A stretch of 40,006 bases of DNA from a virus. Lineage: Duplodnaviria; Heunggongvirae; Uroviricota; Caudoviricetes. Each line of letters begins with the position of its first letter. Position 1 is the first letter of the stretch. The stretch covers positions 1 through 40,006 of the IMG/VR virus record IMGVR_UViG_2568526473_000002; one strand, written 5' to 3'. Below the pieces are notes generated by a model, which saw only the letters and a list, made by a program, of their open reading frames with translations, was not told the DNA's origin and did no database searches. The position numbers and the translations under genes are program-made. Shown piece after piece: positions 18,261 to 28,583 of the stretch.

Positions 18261-18414
18261 AACCCCTCAGCCTGATTTACCTGATCATTTTACGTGGGGC
18301 TCGAGCTTAGATCTGAATGTCGCCTTGTTGTCTGCATTGGCGCAGTGTAATACCGATAAAGCTGACATCAGAAGGATTGAAGTTGAGCGTGGTCACATCA
18401 TGCAAAAAAAATGA
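18145..18414 (+). CDS. Rz1: Rz1-like outer-membrane lipoprotein spanin (o-spanin), overlapping Rz
   Basis: Lipobox LLTGC after a short signal (MMIVLHVLCLLPLLTGCGS), proline-rich mature region; starts inside Rz in the +1 frame and extends past the Rz stop. Confidence 0.65.
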   Translation: MMIVLHVLCLLPLLTGCGSTRTVYVQVPVVPLPASLTAETPQPDLPDHFTWGSSLDLNVALLSALAQCNTDKADIRRIEVERGHIMQKK

Positions 18415-18506
18415 TGTTAACTTTGTTTTGTTCCTTGATTTGATATGTGATGGCCCAATAGATACAAAGCACCTGATTTTGGTGACTCTTTTAAAGGGCT
18501 TTACAC

Positions 18507-18827
18507 ATGAAAGATGGTATCTATTTTGTTGTTTTCAGAAGCAATCAACGTGATTTTGGTAATGGTACCGTAGTTGTCAAAAACAATGCAGTAAACGGCG
18601 GAGATTTTGGTTTTACGTATCAGGGAAAAATTGACGGTAGCCAACTTATTCTGCGCGTATCGCAGCATGATTTAAATGTCACCTCGGTTTTCCCTGGGGT
18701 AAAGAACTTTGAATTGAGTCTTTCTTTGCAGGAACGAGGACGTGATTACCTGTTAAATGGATCTGTGGTCGGAATGCCTCAGATGCAAATTTCAATTAGT
18801 GCAAAATACATTGGTGATCTGATTTAG
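18507..18827 (+). CDS. Hypothetical moron protein (106 aa), no signal peptide
   Basis: Preceded by an AT-rich putative promoter region and followed by a strong terminator; inserted between lysis cassette and HNH/terminase. Confidence 0.5.
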   Translation: MKDGIYFVVFRSNQRDFGNGTVVVKNNAVNGGDFGFTYQGKIDGSQLILRVSQHDLNVTSVFPGVKNFELSLSLQERGRDYLLNGSVVGMPQMQISISAKYIGDLI

Positions 18828-18847
18828 TTTATCGAGATGATAATTGA

Positions 18848-18868
18848 ACCGCCTCCGGGCGGTTTTTT
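18848..18868 (+). terminator. Rho-independent terminator after the moron gene
   Basis: GC stem ccgcc/ggcgg (18849-18853 / 18858-18862) with short loop followed by TTTTTT (18863-18868). Confidence 0.75.
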
Positions 18869-18919
18869 ATTGCCATTTCTATGGTCTGTTCCATCGTAAT
18901 AACTTAAAGGGAAGCATTA

Positions 18920-19270
18920 ATGCCGCCACGAACCCCGAAAGCCTGCCGTGTTCGCGGCTGCCGCCATACCACTACTGACCCTTCAGGCTACTGCGAAAGC
19001 CACAAAAGCGAAGGCTGGAAGCAATACAAACCTGGACAATCCCGTCATCAGCGCGGCTACGGTTCGAAGTGGGACAGTATCCGCGCGCGTGTTCTGAAGC
19101 GTGACAAAGGCCTGTGTCAGTTATGTCTGCGTGCTGGTGTGGTGCGTGAGGCGAAAACTGTTGACCACATCATCCCTAAAGCGCATGGCGGCACTGATGC
19201 TGACAGTAATCTGCAGAGTCTGTGCTGGCCGTGTCATAAGGCGAAGACGGCCCGTGAACGGTTAAAGTGA
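18920..19270 (+). CDS. HNH endonuclease (terminase-associated)
   Basis: HNH motif DHIIPKAHGGTDADSNLQSLCWPCHKAK and N-terminal Cys cluster; position just upstream of the terminase genes as in HK97-like phages. Confidence 0.85.
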   Translation: MPPRTPKACRVRGCRHTTTDPSGYCESHKSEGWKQYKPGQSRHQRGYGSKWDSIRARVLKRDKGLCQLCLRAGVVREAKTVDHIIPKAHGGTDADSNLQSLCWPCHKAKTARERLK

Positions 19271-19395
19271 TAATAATTCTCAACTGTCTGAGGGGAGGGG
19301 CGGGTCAAATCCCTGCAGCCTGACGTCTTCCGGACTGCCCGCCCCATCGTTTTTTTATACCCGCGAAAAATGAAATTTAACCAGGAGTGCCGCAT

Positions 19396-19890
19396 ATGGC
19401 TGGAACGGCGGGGCGTTCCGGGCGTCGCCCCAAGCCAACGGCGCGCAAGGCGCTGGCCGGAAACCCCGGCAAGCGAGCCCTGAACAAAGATGAACCTGTT
19501 TTTACGCCCATCAAAGGCGTTGAGCCACCGGAGTGGTTCGCAGAAGAAAATCTCCCTCTCGCCACGATCATGTGGCAACTGACAACCAAAGAACTCTGCG
19601 GTCAGGGCCTGCTGTGCGTGACTGACCTCGCGGTGCTTGAGCGGTGGTGCGTAGCCTATGAGTTCTGGCGACGTGCCGTGAAAAATATTGCCAGCCAGGG
19701 CAACACCATCACCGGTGCAATGGGCGGTATGGTCAAAAATCCGGAGCTGACCGCCAAGAAAGAACAGGAGTCCGAGATGAGCAGCACGGGGGCAATGCTC
19801 GGACTCGACCCCAGCAGCCGCCAGCGTCTGATTGGCCTGGCGGGGCAGAAGAAAGCCACTAACCCGTTTCTGAAAATTATCGAATCATGA
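19396..19890 (+). CDS. Terminase small subunit
   Basis: Position immediately upstream of and overlapping the large terminase; basic N-terminus; AGGAG RBS before ATG 19396. Confidence 0.7.
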   Translation: MAGTAGRSGRRPKPTARKALAGNPGKRALNKDEPVFTPIKGVEPPEWFAEENLPLATIMWQLTTKELCGQGLLCVTDLAVLERWCVAYEFWRRAVKNIASQGNTITGAMGGMVKNPELTAKKEQESEMSSTGAMLGLDPSSRQRLIGLAGQKKATNPFLKIIES

Positions 19891-21620
19891 GCCGGAAATC
19901 TTACCCCAACGTAAATGCAGCCAATCAGTATGCCCGTGATGTCGTGCGCGGAAAGATTGTGGCCTGCCAGTTTGTGATTCAGGCCTGCCAGCGCCATCTT
20001 GATGACCTGATGGCGGAAAAAAGTAAGTCGTTTCGTTACCGCTTCGACAAGGACCAGGCTGAACGGGCCGCGAAATTTATTCAGCTGTTGCCGCACACCA
20101 AGGGTGAGTGGGCATTCAAACGGATGCCCATCACGCTGGAGCCGTGGCAGCTCTTTGTGATCTGCTGCGCGTTTGGCTGGGTCAATAAAGGCTCCCGGCT
20201 GCGCCGCTTCCGGGAGGTGTATACCGAAATCCCCCGTAAGAACGGTAAATCGGCAATCTCTGCCGGTGTTGCCCTGTATTGTTTTGCCTGTGATAACGAG
20301 TTCGGCGCGGAAGTGTATTCCGGTGCCACGACGGAGAAACAGGCATGGGAAGTCTTTCGTCCGGCACGACTGATGTGTAAACGCACACCCATGCTGACGG
20401 AAGCGTTCGGGATTGAGGTTAACGCCTCAAACATGAACCGTCCGGAGGATGGGGCGCGGTTTGAACCGCTGATCGGTAACCCCGGTGATGGTTCATCACC
20501 CCACTGTGCGGTGGTGGATGAATATCACGAGCACGCCACAGATGCGCTTTACACCACGATGCTTACCGGGATGGGGGCGCGACGTCAGCCACTGATGTGG
20601 GCTATCACTACCGCCGGGTACAACATTGAGGGGCCGTGCTACGACAAACGGCGGGAAGTTATCGAGATGCTCAACGGTTCGGTACCCAACGATGAACTGT
20701 TCGGGATCATCTATACCGTTGACGAAGGTGACGACTGGACCGACCCGCAGGTGCTGGAAAAAGCCAACCCGAATATCGGGGTGTCGGTTTACCGTGAGTT
20801 TTTGTTAAGTCAGCAACAACGTGCGAAAAATAACGCCCGTCTGGCAAACGTCTTTAAAACAAAACACCTCAATATCTGGGTGTCGGCGCGTTCGGCGTAT
20901 TTCAACCTGGTGAGCTGGCAGAGCTGCGAGGATAAGTCACTGACTCTTGAGCAATTCGAGGGGCAGCCGTGCATTCTGGCCTTTGACCTGGCGCGTAAAC
21001 TGGATATGAACAGCATGGCGCGACTTTATACCCGTGAGATTGACGGTAAAGCGCATTACTACAGTGTGGCCCCGCGTTTCTGGGTACCGTATGACACGGT
21101 GTACAGCGTCGAGAAAAATGAAGATCGCCGGACAGCCGAACGCTTTCAGAAATGGGTGGAAATGGGCGTCCTGACAGTTACCGATGGTGCAGAGGTGGAT
21201 TATCGCTACATCCTCGAAGAGGCCAAAGCGGCGAACAAAATCAGCCCGGTCAGCGAGTCACCCATCGACCCCTTCGGGGCGACCGGGCTGTCACATGACC
21301 TTGCTGATGAAGACCTGAACCCCGTCACCATTATTCAGAACTACACCAACATGTCCGATCCGATGAAAGAGCTGGAAGCGGCAATTGAATCGGGGCGCTT
21401 TCATCATGATGGCAATCCCATCATGACCTGGTGTATCGGCAACGTGGTCGGCAAAACTATTCCGGGTAACGATGATGTGGTGAAGCCCGTCAAAGAGCAG
21501 GTGGAAAACAAAATCGATGGTGCAGTTGCGCTGATTATGGCGGTTGGCAGAGCCATGCTGTACGAGAAAGAAGACACGCTGTCTGACCACATTGAGTCCT
21601 ATGGGATCCGCTCGCTTTAA
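19887..21620 (+). CDS. Terminase large subunit (577 aa)
   Basis: Walker A-like PRKNGKS, size and position; ATGA overlap with the small subunit. Confidence 0.88.
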   Translation: MSRKSYPNVNAANQYARDVVRGKIVACQFVIQACQRHLDDLMAEKSKSFRYRFDKDQAERAAKFIQLLPHTKGEWAFKRMPITLEPWQLFVICCAFGWVNKGSRLRRFREVYTEIPRKNGKSAISAGVALYCFACDNEFGAEVYSGATTEKQAWEVFRPARLMCKRTPMLTEAFGIEVNASNMNRPEDGARFEPLIGNPGDGSSPHCAVVDEYHEHATDALYTTMLTGMGARRQPLMWAITTAGYNIEGPCYDKRREVIEMLNGSVPNDELFGIIYTVDEGDDWTDPQVLEKANPNIGVSVYREFLLSQQQRAKNNARLANVFKTKHLNIWVSARSAYFNLVSWQSCEDKSLTLEQFEGQPCILAFDLARKLDMNSMARLYTREIDGKAHYYSVAPRFWVPYDTVYSVEKNEDRRTAERFQKWVEMGVLTVTDGAEVDYRYILEEAKAANKISPVSESPIDPFGATGLSHDLADEDLNPVTIIQNYTNMSDPMKELEAAIESGRFHHDGNPIMTWCIGNVVGKTIPGNDDVVKPVKEQVENKIDGAVALIMAVGRAMLYEKEDTLSDHIESYGIRSL

Positions 21621-21631
21621 CTGAGGTAATT

Positions 21632-21814
21632 ATGATCATGCTGATTCTCGCGCCTCTGGTGGGCGTGCTGGGTGCGCTTTTGCTGGCGTATGGTGCCTGG
21701 CTGATTTATCCCCCGGCGGGGTTTGTTGTTGCCGGGGCGTTGTGTCTGTTCTGGTCGTGGCTGGTGGCGCGATATCTCGACCGTACACAGCTGTCTGATG
21801 GTGGAGGTAAATAG
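21632..21814 (+). CDS. Small hydrophobic membrane protein (60 aa) between terminase and portal
   Basis: Two predicted TM helices ([37 protein letters not shown]); tightly packed between neighbours. Confidence 0.4.
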   Translation: MIMLILAPLVGVLGALLLAYGAWLIYPPAGFVVAGALCLFWSWLVARYLDRTQLSDGGGK

Positions 21815-23055
21815 TGTTCTTTTCGGGATTATTTCAACGAAAAAGTGACGCACCGGTGACCACGCCAGCAGAGCTGGCGGATGCTATCGGGTTGTCCTAC
21901 GACACCTATACCGGAAAGCAGATCAGCAGTCAGCGGGCCATGCGACTGACGGCGGTTTTTTCCTGTGTTAGGGTGCTGGCGGAGTCGGTCGGGATGTTGC
22001 CCTGCAACCTGTATCACCTGAATGGCAGTCTGAAGCAGAGAGCCACTGGCGAACGTCTGCATAAGCTGATCTCCTCGCATCCTAATGGCTATATGACGCC
22101 GCAGGAGTTATGGGAGCTGGTGGTCACCTGTCTGTGCCTGCGGGGCAACTTTTACGCCTACAAAGTGAAAGCATTTGGCGAAGTGGCTGAACTGCTGCCC
22201 GTCGATCCCGGCTGTGTGGTACCGAAGCTTAACAGTAGCTGGGAGCCGGTCTATCAGGTCACATTCCCGGACGGCTCCACGGATGTACTGAGCCAGGAAG
22301 ATATCTGGCATGTGCGCACGCTGACGCTGGACGGTCTGGTGGGACTGAATCCCATCGCCTATGCCCGCGAGGCAATATCGCTGGCAGCTGCGACCGAAGA
22401 GCACGGGGCCAGACTGTTCAGCAATGGTGCGGTGACGTCCGGTGTGTTGCGTACAGAGCAGACGCTGTCGGATCAGGCTTATGAGCGTCTGAAGAAAGAT
22501 TTTGAGGAGCGTCACACCGGGCTTGGTAATGCTCACCGCCCGATGATCCTTGAGATGGGGCTGGACTGGAAGTCGATGGCGCTGAACGCCGAGGACAGCC
22601 AGTTCCTGGAAACCCGCAAGTTTCAGCTTGAAGAAATCTGTCGTCTGTTCCGTGTGCCATTGCACATGGTGCAGAACACCGATCGCGCCACCTTCAACAA
22701 TATCGAAGAGCTGGGGCTGGGATTTATCAACTATTCACTGGTGCCGTATCTGACCCGCATTGAGCAGCGGATCAACACCGGACTGGTACGAAAAAGTAAG
22801 CAGGGCGTTTATTACGCCAAATTTAACGCCGGGGCGTTACTGCGCGGGGATATGAAGTCCCGTTTTGAAGCCTACGCCACCGGGATTAACTGGGGAATTT
22901 ACTCTCCCAATGACTGCCGCGACCTGGAAGATATGAATCCGCGTCCCGGTGGGGATGTCTATCTCACACCGATGAACATGACCACGAAACCCTCCGATGG
23001 CAGTAAAGCCGGTAAGCAGAAGGATAACGCCAATGCAGACGAAACAACGTCTTGA
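21814..23055 (+). CDS. Portal protein (HK97-like family)
   Basis: 413 aa, GTG start with GGAGG RBS, follows terminase and precedes protease and capsid. Confidence 0.82.
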   Translation: MFFSGLFQRKSDAPVTTPAELADAIGLSYDTYTGKQISSQRAMRLTAVFSCVRVLAESVGMLPCNLYHLNGSLKQRATGERLHKLISSHPNGYMTPQELWELVVTCLCLRGNFYAYKVKAFGEVAELLPVDPGCVVPKLNSSWEPVYQVTFPDGSTDVLSQEDIWHVRTLTLDGLVGLNPIAYAREAISLAAATEEHGARLFSNGAVTSGVLRTEQTLSDQAYERLKKDFEERHTGLGNAHRPMILEMGLDWKSMALNAEDSQFLETRKFQLEEICRLFRVPLHMVQNTDRATFNNIEELGLGFINYSLVPYLTRIEQRINTGLVRKSKQGVYYAKFNAGALLRGDMKSRFEAYATGINWGIYSPNDCRDLEDMNPRPGGDVYLTPMNMTTKPSDGSKAGKQKDNANADETTS

Positions 23056-23683
23056 TGTACCGCTGAGTCTGAAATCTGTCAGTGACTCCGGTGAGTTTGA
23101 AGGGTATGGCTCCGTCTTTGGTGTAAAGGACAGCCACGATGATGTGGTGATGTCCGGGGCATTTGCTGCTTCCCTGCGGGCGTGGAGTGACAGAAAAGCG
23201 TTACCTGCGCTGCTCTGGCAGCACCGCATGGATGAACCCATCGGTGTTTACACCGAAATGAAGGAAGACGATGTCGGGCTTTACGTCAGGGGACGGTTGC
23301 TTATTGATGATGATCCCCTCGCAAAACGCGCACATGCACACATGAAGGCCGGTTCGTTAACCGGCCTTTCTATTGGGTACGTCCTGAAAGACTGGGAATA
23401 CGACCGGAGCAAAGAAGCCTTTCTGTTGAAAGAAATCGACCTCTGGGAAGTCAGTCTGGTGACGTTTCCGTCTAACGACGAGGCGCGGATCAGCGACGTC
23501 AAGAACGCGCTGGCCCGCGGGGAAATCCCCGAACAGAAAAAAATCGAAAGAGTCCTGCGTGATGTCGGACTCTCCCGTACCCAGGCCAAAGCATTCATGG
23601 CCGGGGGCTATGGCGCACTGTCCCTGCGCGACGCTGAGGATGTGGGCTCTGCACTGAATGCACTGAAAAATCTGAACTTCTAA
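23033..23683 (+). CDS. Prohead maturation protease (HK97 family)
   Basis: Position between portal and capsid; start at ATG 23033 with AGGA RBS, overlapping the portal end. Confidence 0.75.
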   Translation: MQTKQRLDVPLSLKSVSDSGEFEGYGSVFGVKDSHDDVVMSGAFAASLRAWSDRKALPALLWQHRMDEPIGVYTEMKEDDVGLYVRGRLLIDDDPLAKRAHAHMKAGSLTGLSIGYVLKDWEYDRSKEAFLLKEIDLWEVSLVTFPSNDEARISDVKNALARGEIPEQKKIERVLRDVGLSRTQAKAFMAGGYGALSLRDAEDVGSALNALKNLNF

Positions 23684-23697
23684 TCAGGAGAAATACG

Positions 23698-24903
23698 ATG
23701 GCGGTTGATATTAAAGATGTCGAACAGGTCGCGCAGGAGCTGCAGCAGAAGTTTGACGACTTCAAAGCAAAGAACGACAAGCGCGTGGATGCGATTGAGC
23801 AGGAAAAAGGCAAGCTTGCCGGGCAGGTGGAAACCCTGAACGGGAAACTCAGCGAGCTGGAAAATCTCAAAAGCGACCTTGAAAAAGAGCTGCTTGAGCT
23901 GAAACGTCCGGCAGGTGGAGCGCAAAATAAACTGGCCACCGAGCATAAAGAGGCGTTTGTGGGCTTTCTACGTAAAGGCCGTGAAGACGGTCTGCGCGAT
24001 CTGGAGCGTAAGGCATTGCAGGTGGGTACCGATGAAGACGGTGGCTACGCCGTGCCGGAAGAACTGGATCGCAACATTCTTAACCTGCTGAAAGATGAAG
24101 TGGTGATGCGTCAGGAAGCCACGGTGATCACCGTTGGCGGTTCCGACTACAAAAAACTGGTGAATCTGGGCGGTACGGCTTCCGGATGGGTGGGGGAAAC
24201 GGATACGCGATCCCAGACTGCCACCTCCAGACTGGAGCTGATTGAACCTCTCATGGGGGAAATCTACGGCAACCCGCAGGCTACCCAGAAAATGCTGGAC
24301 GATGCCTTCTTCAACGTGGAGGCCTGGATCAACAGCGAGCTGGCAACCGAATTTGCCGAACAGGAAGAAATTGCCTTTACCTCAGGCGATGGCACCAAGA
24401 AGCCGAAAGGGTTCCTGGCGTATGAATCCACTGATGAAACCGACAAGGTCCGGGCGTTCGGCAAACTTCAGCATATTGTATCCGGCGAAGCGACCGCGGT
24501 GACCGCAGACGCCATTATCAAACTGATTTACACGCTGCGTAAGGCACACCGCACTGGCGCGAAGTTCATGATGAACAACAACAGCCTGTTTGCCATCCGT
24601 CTGCTTAAAGACAGCGAGGGTAACTATCTGTGGCGTCCGGGGCTGGAACTGGGGCAGCCGTCCTCTCTGGCGGGTTACGGTATCGCTGAAAACGAACAGA
24701 TGCCGGATATCGCCGCTGATGCGAAAGCCATTGCATTTGGTAACTTCAAACGGGGTTACACCATCGTTGACCGTATCGGCACCCGCATTCTGCGTGACCC
24801 GTACACCAATAAACCGTTTGTCGGTTTTTATACCACCAAGCGCACCGGCGGGATGCTGGTCGATTCGCAGGCCATCAAACTGCTGAAGATTGCAGCGGCG
24901 TAA
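23698..24903 (+). CDS. Major capsid protein (HK97 fold) with N-terminal coiled-coil delta domain
   Basis: 401 aa; coiled-coil-rich first about 100 aa then capsid body; canonical position. Confidence 0.82.
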   Translation: MAVDIKDVEQVAQELQQKFDDFKAKNDKRVDAIEQEKGKLAGQVETLNGKLSELENLKSDLEKELLELKRPAGGAQNKLATEHKEAFVGFLRKGREDGLRDLERKALQVGTDEDGGYAVPEELDRNILNLLKDEVVMRQEATVITVGGSDYKKLVNLGGTASGWVGETDTRSQTATSRLELIEPLMGEIYGNPQATQKMLDDAFFNVEAWINSELATEFAEQEEIAFTSGDGTKKPKGFLAYESTDETDKVRAFGKLQHIVSGEATAVTADAIIKLIYTLRKAHRTGAKFMMNNNSLFAIRLLKDSEGNYLWRPGLELGQPSSLAGYGIAENEQMPDIAADAKAIAFGNFKRGYTIVDRIGTRILRDPYTNKPFVGFYTTKRTGGMLVDSQAIKLLKIAAA

Positions 24904-24952
24904 TCACTCAGGGGCGCGGAACCGCGCCCCCTGTTCTGACGGGTGAAGAATC

Positions 24953-25153
24953 ATGATCCTGAAACAAGATCTGAAATGGTCACCGGACGGTATGCGTGTT
25001 GAGGTCATTCGGGCCGGTGAGTATGACGATGGGGCGCTTCCTGCCCGGGTGCAGGAGATTGCACTTCAGGCCGGGTTAGCAGAGCGCGGAACCAGTGCAA
25101 AAAGCAGTAAAGCGGCAAAAGAGAAAAAAGCCACGACCAGTAAAGAGGGCTGA
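24953..25153 (+). CDS. Small hypothetical head-module protein (66 aa)
   Basis: ORF between capsid and connector genes; Lys/Ala-rich C-terminus. Confidence 0.3.
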   Translation: MILKQDLKWSPDGMRVEVIRAGEYDDGALPARVQEIALQAGLAERGTSAKSSKAAKEKKATTSKEG

Positions 25154-25155
25154 GT

Positions 25156-25479
25156 ATGCTTCTGACAATGGAAGAGATTAAAGCCCAACTCCGGCTGGAT
25201 GAGGATTTCGATGCTGATGACCGCCATCTGCAACTGCTGGCCTGTGCGGCGCAAAAGCGGACGGAAACGTATCTGAACCGGAAGCTCTATGCACCGGATG
25301 AAACCATTCCGGAGAGCGATCCGGACGGGCTGCACCTGCCGGATGATATTCGTCTGGGGATGCTGATGCTTATCAGCCATTTTTACGAAAACCGCTCGTC
25401 GGTTACGGAAGTGGAGAAACTCGACATGCCGCAGAGTTTTGGCTGGCTTGTCGGCCCGTACAGGTACTTTCCGCAATGA
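25156..25479 (+). CDS. Head-tail connector (gp6-like) protein
   Basis: Size and N-terminal text MEEIKAQLRLDEDFDADD typical of gp6-like connectors; position. Confidence 0.65.
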   Translation: MLLTMEEIKAQLRLDEDFDADDRHLQLLACAAQKRTETYLNRKLYAPDETIPESDPDGLHLPDDIRLGMLMLISHFYENRSSVTEVEKLDMPQSFGWLVGPYRYFPQ

Positions 25480-25886
25480 AAATTCGTCAGGCGCAGACCA
25501 GCGCAACCTACATTCTGCCGGACCCCGGTGAACTGAATAAACGCGTCCTGATCCGCCTGCGGGTGGATATGCCCGCGGATAACTTTGGCGTGGAGCCTCA
25601 ATACCCGGTTACGTTCCGGACATGGGCGAAGGTTATCCAGACCAGTGCCACCACCTGGCAGGAAACCGCGCAGACAGGGGACGCCATCACCCATTACATC
25701 ACCATTCGTTACCGCCGGGGGATCACCGCTGATTATGAGGTGGTCTGCGGTGACAGTGTGTACCGGGTGAAACGTCAGCGCGATCTGAACGGGGCGCGGC
25801 GCTTTCTGCTGCTGGAGTGTACGGAGCTGGGCGAATGTAGGCAGAGTCACGGAGGCAGCAATGGCGACTCCCTTTTTTCACGTTGA
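25476..25886 (+). CDS. Head-tail joining / head closure protein
   Basis: Position and size; overlapping start with the previous gene. Confidence 0.5.
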   Translation: MKIRQAQTSATYILPDPGELNKRVLIRLRVDMPADNFGVEPQYPVTFRTWAKVIQTSATTWQETAQTGDAITHYITIRYRRGITADYEVVCGDSVYRVKRQRDLNGARRFLLLECTELGECRQSHGGSNGDSLFSR

Positions 25887-26367
25887 TGTTCAGCAGCCCG
25901 CCGAGATGCGCTTTAACCGCGCCCGTGTCCGGCGGGCGTTTGTCACGATTGGGCAGCGTCATATGCGTGATGCCCGTCGGCTGGTGATGCGCCGTGCGCG
26001 GTCGGCACCGGGTGAAAACCCCGGTTATCAGACCGGACGCCTGGCTCGTTCGATTGGTTATATGGTGCCGAGAGCCAGTAAAAAGCGAGCCGGTTTTATG
26101 ACACGCATTGCCCCTAACCAGCGCAACGGGAAGGGGAACCGGATGATCTCTGGTGACTTCTATCCGGCGTTTCTGTTTTTTGGTGTCCGGGGAGGAGCAA
26201 AACGTCGTCGTAGTCATCATCGTGGTGCATCCGGTGGCAGCGGCTGGCGACTGGCTCCACGTAATAACTTCATGGTGGAAGCGCTTGAAAAGAACCGCAG
26301 CTGGACACGCTATTTTCTGGCGCGGGAATTGCGTAAATCACTGAAGCCGGAGCGACGACACAGATGA
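25861..26367 (+). CDS. Neck/tail-completion protein (HK97 gp10-like)
   Basis: Position in the head-tail joining block; basic protein. Confidence 0.45.
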   Translation: MATPFFHVDVQQPAEMRFNRARVRRAFVTIGQRHMRDARRLVMRRARSAPGENPGYQTGRLARSIGYMVPRASKKRAGFMTRIAPNQRNGKGNRMISGDFYPAFLFFGVRGGAKRRRSHHRGASGGSGWRLAPRNNFMVEALEKNRSWTRYFLARELRKSLKPERRHR

Positions 26368-26924
26368 AACTGACGCCTGTTATTGCTGCGCTGCGTGCCC
26401 GCTGCCCGTATTTTGAAAACCGGGTGGCAGGCGCGGCACAGTTCAAAAATCTGCCGGAGGTCGGAAAGCTGAGACTCCCGGCGGCGTATGTGGTACCGGG
26501 TGATGATTCTCCGGGAGAAAACAAAAGCCAGACCGACTACTGGCAGGAGCTGAAAGAGGGCTTCTCCGTGGTTGTCATACTGAGTAACGGGCGTGATGAG
26601 CGCGGTCAGTTTGCTTCGTATGATGTGGTGGACGATGTCCGGCAGATGCTCTTTAAGGCCCTGCTGGGCTGGAACCCGGAAGAGTGCGGTAACCCGATTA
26701 ACTATGACGGCGGCACGCTGCTGGATCTGAATCGTCATGAGCTGATTTATCAGTTCGATTTTTCGATCATCAGCGAGCTGACTGAAGACGATACCCGCCA
26801 GCAGGATGACCTGAACAGTCTGGATGAACTGCGAACGCTGGCGATTGATGTTGATTATCTCGATCCCGGTAACGGGCCTGACGGCGATATCGAACATCAC
26901 ACCGAAATAACCCTTCCTTCCTGA
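26364..26924 (+). CDS. Virion neck/tail terminator-like protein (186 aa)
   Basis: Position immediately upstream of the sheath gene; no motif. Confidence 0.45.
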   Translation: MKLTPVIAALRARCPYFENRVAGAAQFKNLPEVGKLRLPAAYVVPGDDSPGENKSQTDYWQELKEGFSVVVILSNGRDERGQFASYDVVDDVRQMLFKALLGWNPEECGNPINYDGGTLLDLNRHELIYQFDFSIISELTEDDTRQQDDLNSLDELRTLAIDVDYLDPGNGPDGDIEHHTEITLPS

Positions 26925-26932
26925 GAATCTTC

Positions 26933-27103
26933 ATGTTTGTGAAACCTGTTAAAGGGCGGTCAGTGCCTGACCCTGCCCGCGGTGACCTTTTGCCCGCCGA
27001 AGGGCGAAATGTTGACGAGAACAACTACTGGCTGCGCCGTGAAGCAGCGGGTGATATCCGGCGCGTGAATAAAAAGGTGAACACCGATGACGATAAGCTT
27101 TAA
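26933..27103 (+). CDS. Small hypothetical ORF (56 aa) overlapping the sheath start
   Basis: ATG 26933 to TAA 27101-27103, traced by hand; below the ORF-track size threshold. Confidence 0.3.
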   Translation: MFVKPVKGRSVPDPARGDLLPAEGRNVDENNYWLRREAAGDIRRVNKKVNTDDDKL

Positions 27104-28583
27104 CACCATTCCGTCGAATACGCTGGTTCCGCTGTTTTATGCGGAAATGGATAACCAGGCGGCGAATACTGCACAGGACAGCGGAGCATCGCTGCTGATT
27201 GGTCATGCCAATAACGGCGCAGAGATTGTTGCCAACAGTCTGGTACTGATGCCGTCGGCAGACTATGCACGCCAGATTTGTGGTGCGGGAAGTCAGCTGG
27301 CGCGTATGGTCAAGGCTTATCGCCAGACCGACCCGTTTGGTGAACTGTATGTAATTGCCGTTCCTGAATCCACGGGCGCGGCGGCAACAGTTACGCTGAC
27401 GGTGACCGGGGCGGCAACCGAAACCGGCACGGTGAATGTTTATGTGGGACGTACCCGCGTGCAGGCACCGGTGACTAACGGCGATAACGTCACGACGATT
27501 GCCAGCAGTATCCAGGATGCCATCAATGCCGTTCCGGCCCTGCCGTTTACGGCCTCATCTTCGGCTGGCGTGGTCACACTGACCGCGCGTCATAAGGGGC
27601 TTTGCGGGAATGAAATTCCTGTCAGCCTCAATTACTACGGCTTTGGTGGGGGCGAAGTGCTGCCTGCGGGCGTACAGATTGCCGTGGCGACGGGGACCGC
27701 CGGAACGGGCTCTCCTGTTCTCACCGGCGCGGTGGCTGCAATGGCGGATGAGCCGTTTGATTATATCGGCCTGCCGTTCAACGACACGGCCTCCGTTAAC
27801 ACACTGGTGACCGAGATGAACGATACCAGCGGTCGCTGGAGCTATGCGCGTCAGCTGTATGGTCATGTGTATACGGCAAAGATCGGCACGCTGTCAGAAC
27901 TGGTGACCGCAGGTGACCAGTTCAACCAGCAGCACATTACCCTGGCGGGGTACGAAAAAGAGACCCAGACGCCTGCCGACGAGCTGGCGGCAAGCCGTAC
28001 CGCCCGCGCAGCGGTGTTTATCCGCAACGATCCGGCACGTCCCACGCAGACCGGTGAGCTGGTGGGTATGCTGCCTGCGCCGAAGGGGAAACGGTTCACG
28101 ATGACCGAGCAGCAGACCCTGCTGTCTCATGGCGTGGCAACGGCGTATGTCGAAAGCGGGGTGCTGCGCATTCAGCGTGATGTCACCACGTACAGGAAAA
28201 ACGCTTACGGGGTTGCGGATAACAGCTACCTCGACAGCGAGACGCTGCATACCAGTGCGTATGTACTGCGCAAACTGAAATCCGTCATTACCAGTAAGTA
28301 CGGGCGTCACAAGCTTGCCAGCGACGGTACCCGCTTTGGTCCCGGTCAGGCGATTGTCACCCCGGCGGTAATCAAAGGGGAACTGCTGGCAACCTACCGT
28401 CAGCTTGAGCGTGCGGGGATCGTGGAAAACTACGAACTGTTTAAGCAGTACCTGGTTGTGGAGCGTGATGCCAGCGATCCGAACCGCCTGAACACGCTGT
28501 TCCCGCCTGACTATGTTAACCAGTTGCGTGTTTTTGCCGTGGTTAACCAGTTCCGTCTTCAGTATTCAGAGGAGTCTGCATAA
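27087..28583 (+). CDS. Contractile tail sheath protein (498 aa)
   Basis: Size and order (sheath, tube, chaperone with frameshift, tape measure) typical of Mu/SfV-like myovirus tails. Confidence 0.8.
   Translation: MTISFNTIPSNTLVPLFYAEMDNQAANTAQDSGASLLIGHANNGAEIVANSLVLMPSADYARQICGAGSQLARMVKAYRQTDPFGELYVIAVPESTGAAATVTLTVTGAATETGTVNVYVGRTRVQAPVTNGDNVTTIASSIQDAINAVPALPFTASSSAGVVTLTARHKGLCGNEIPVSLNYYGFGGGEVLPAGVQIAVATGTAGTGSPVLTGAVAAMADEPFDYIGLPFNDTASVNTLVTEMNDTSGRWSYARQLYGHVYTAKIGTLSELVTAGDQFNQQHITLAGYEKETQTPADELAASRTARAAVFIRNDPARPTQTGELVGMLPAPKGKRFTMTEQQTLLSHGVATAYVESGVLRIQRDVTTYRKNAYGVADNSYLDSETLHTSAYVLRKLKSVITSKYGRHKLASDGTRFGPGQAIVTPAVIKGELLATYRQLERAGIVENYELFKQYLVVERDASDPNRLNTLFPPDYVNQLRVFAVVNQFRLQYSEESA

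Noticed and set aside
22108-22665. 185-aa minus-strand ORF inside the portal gene, and similar antisense ORFs across 25066-27866 and 31617-34611
   Set aside because: All are embedded antisense or out-of-frame within tightly packed, co-oriented structural genes; GC-rich coding DNA generates such frames.
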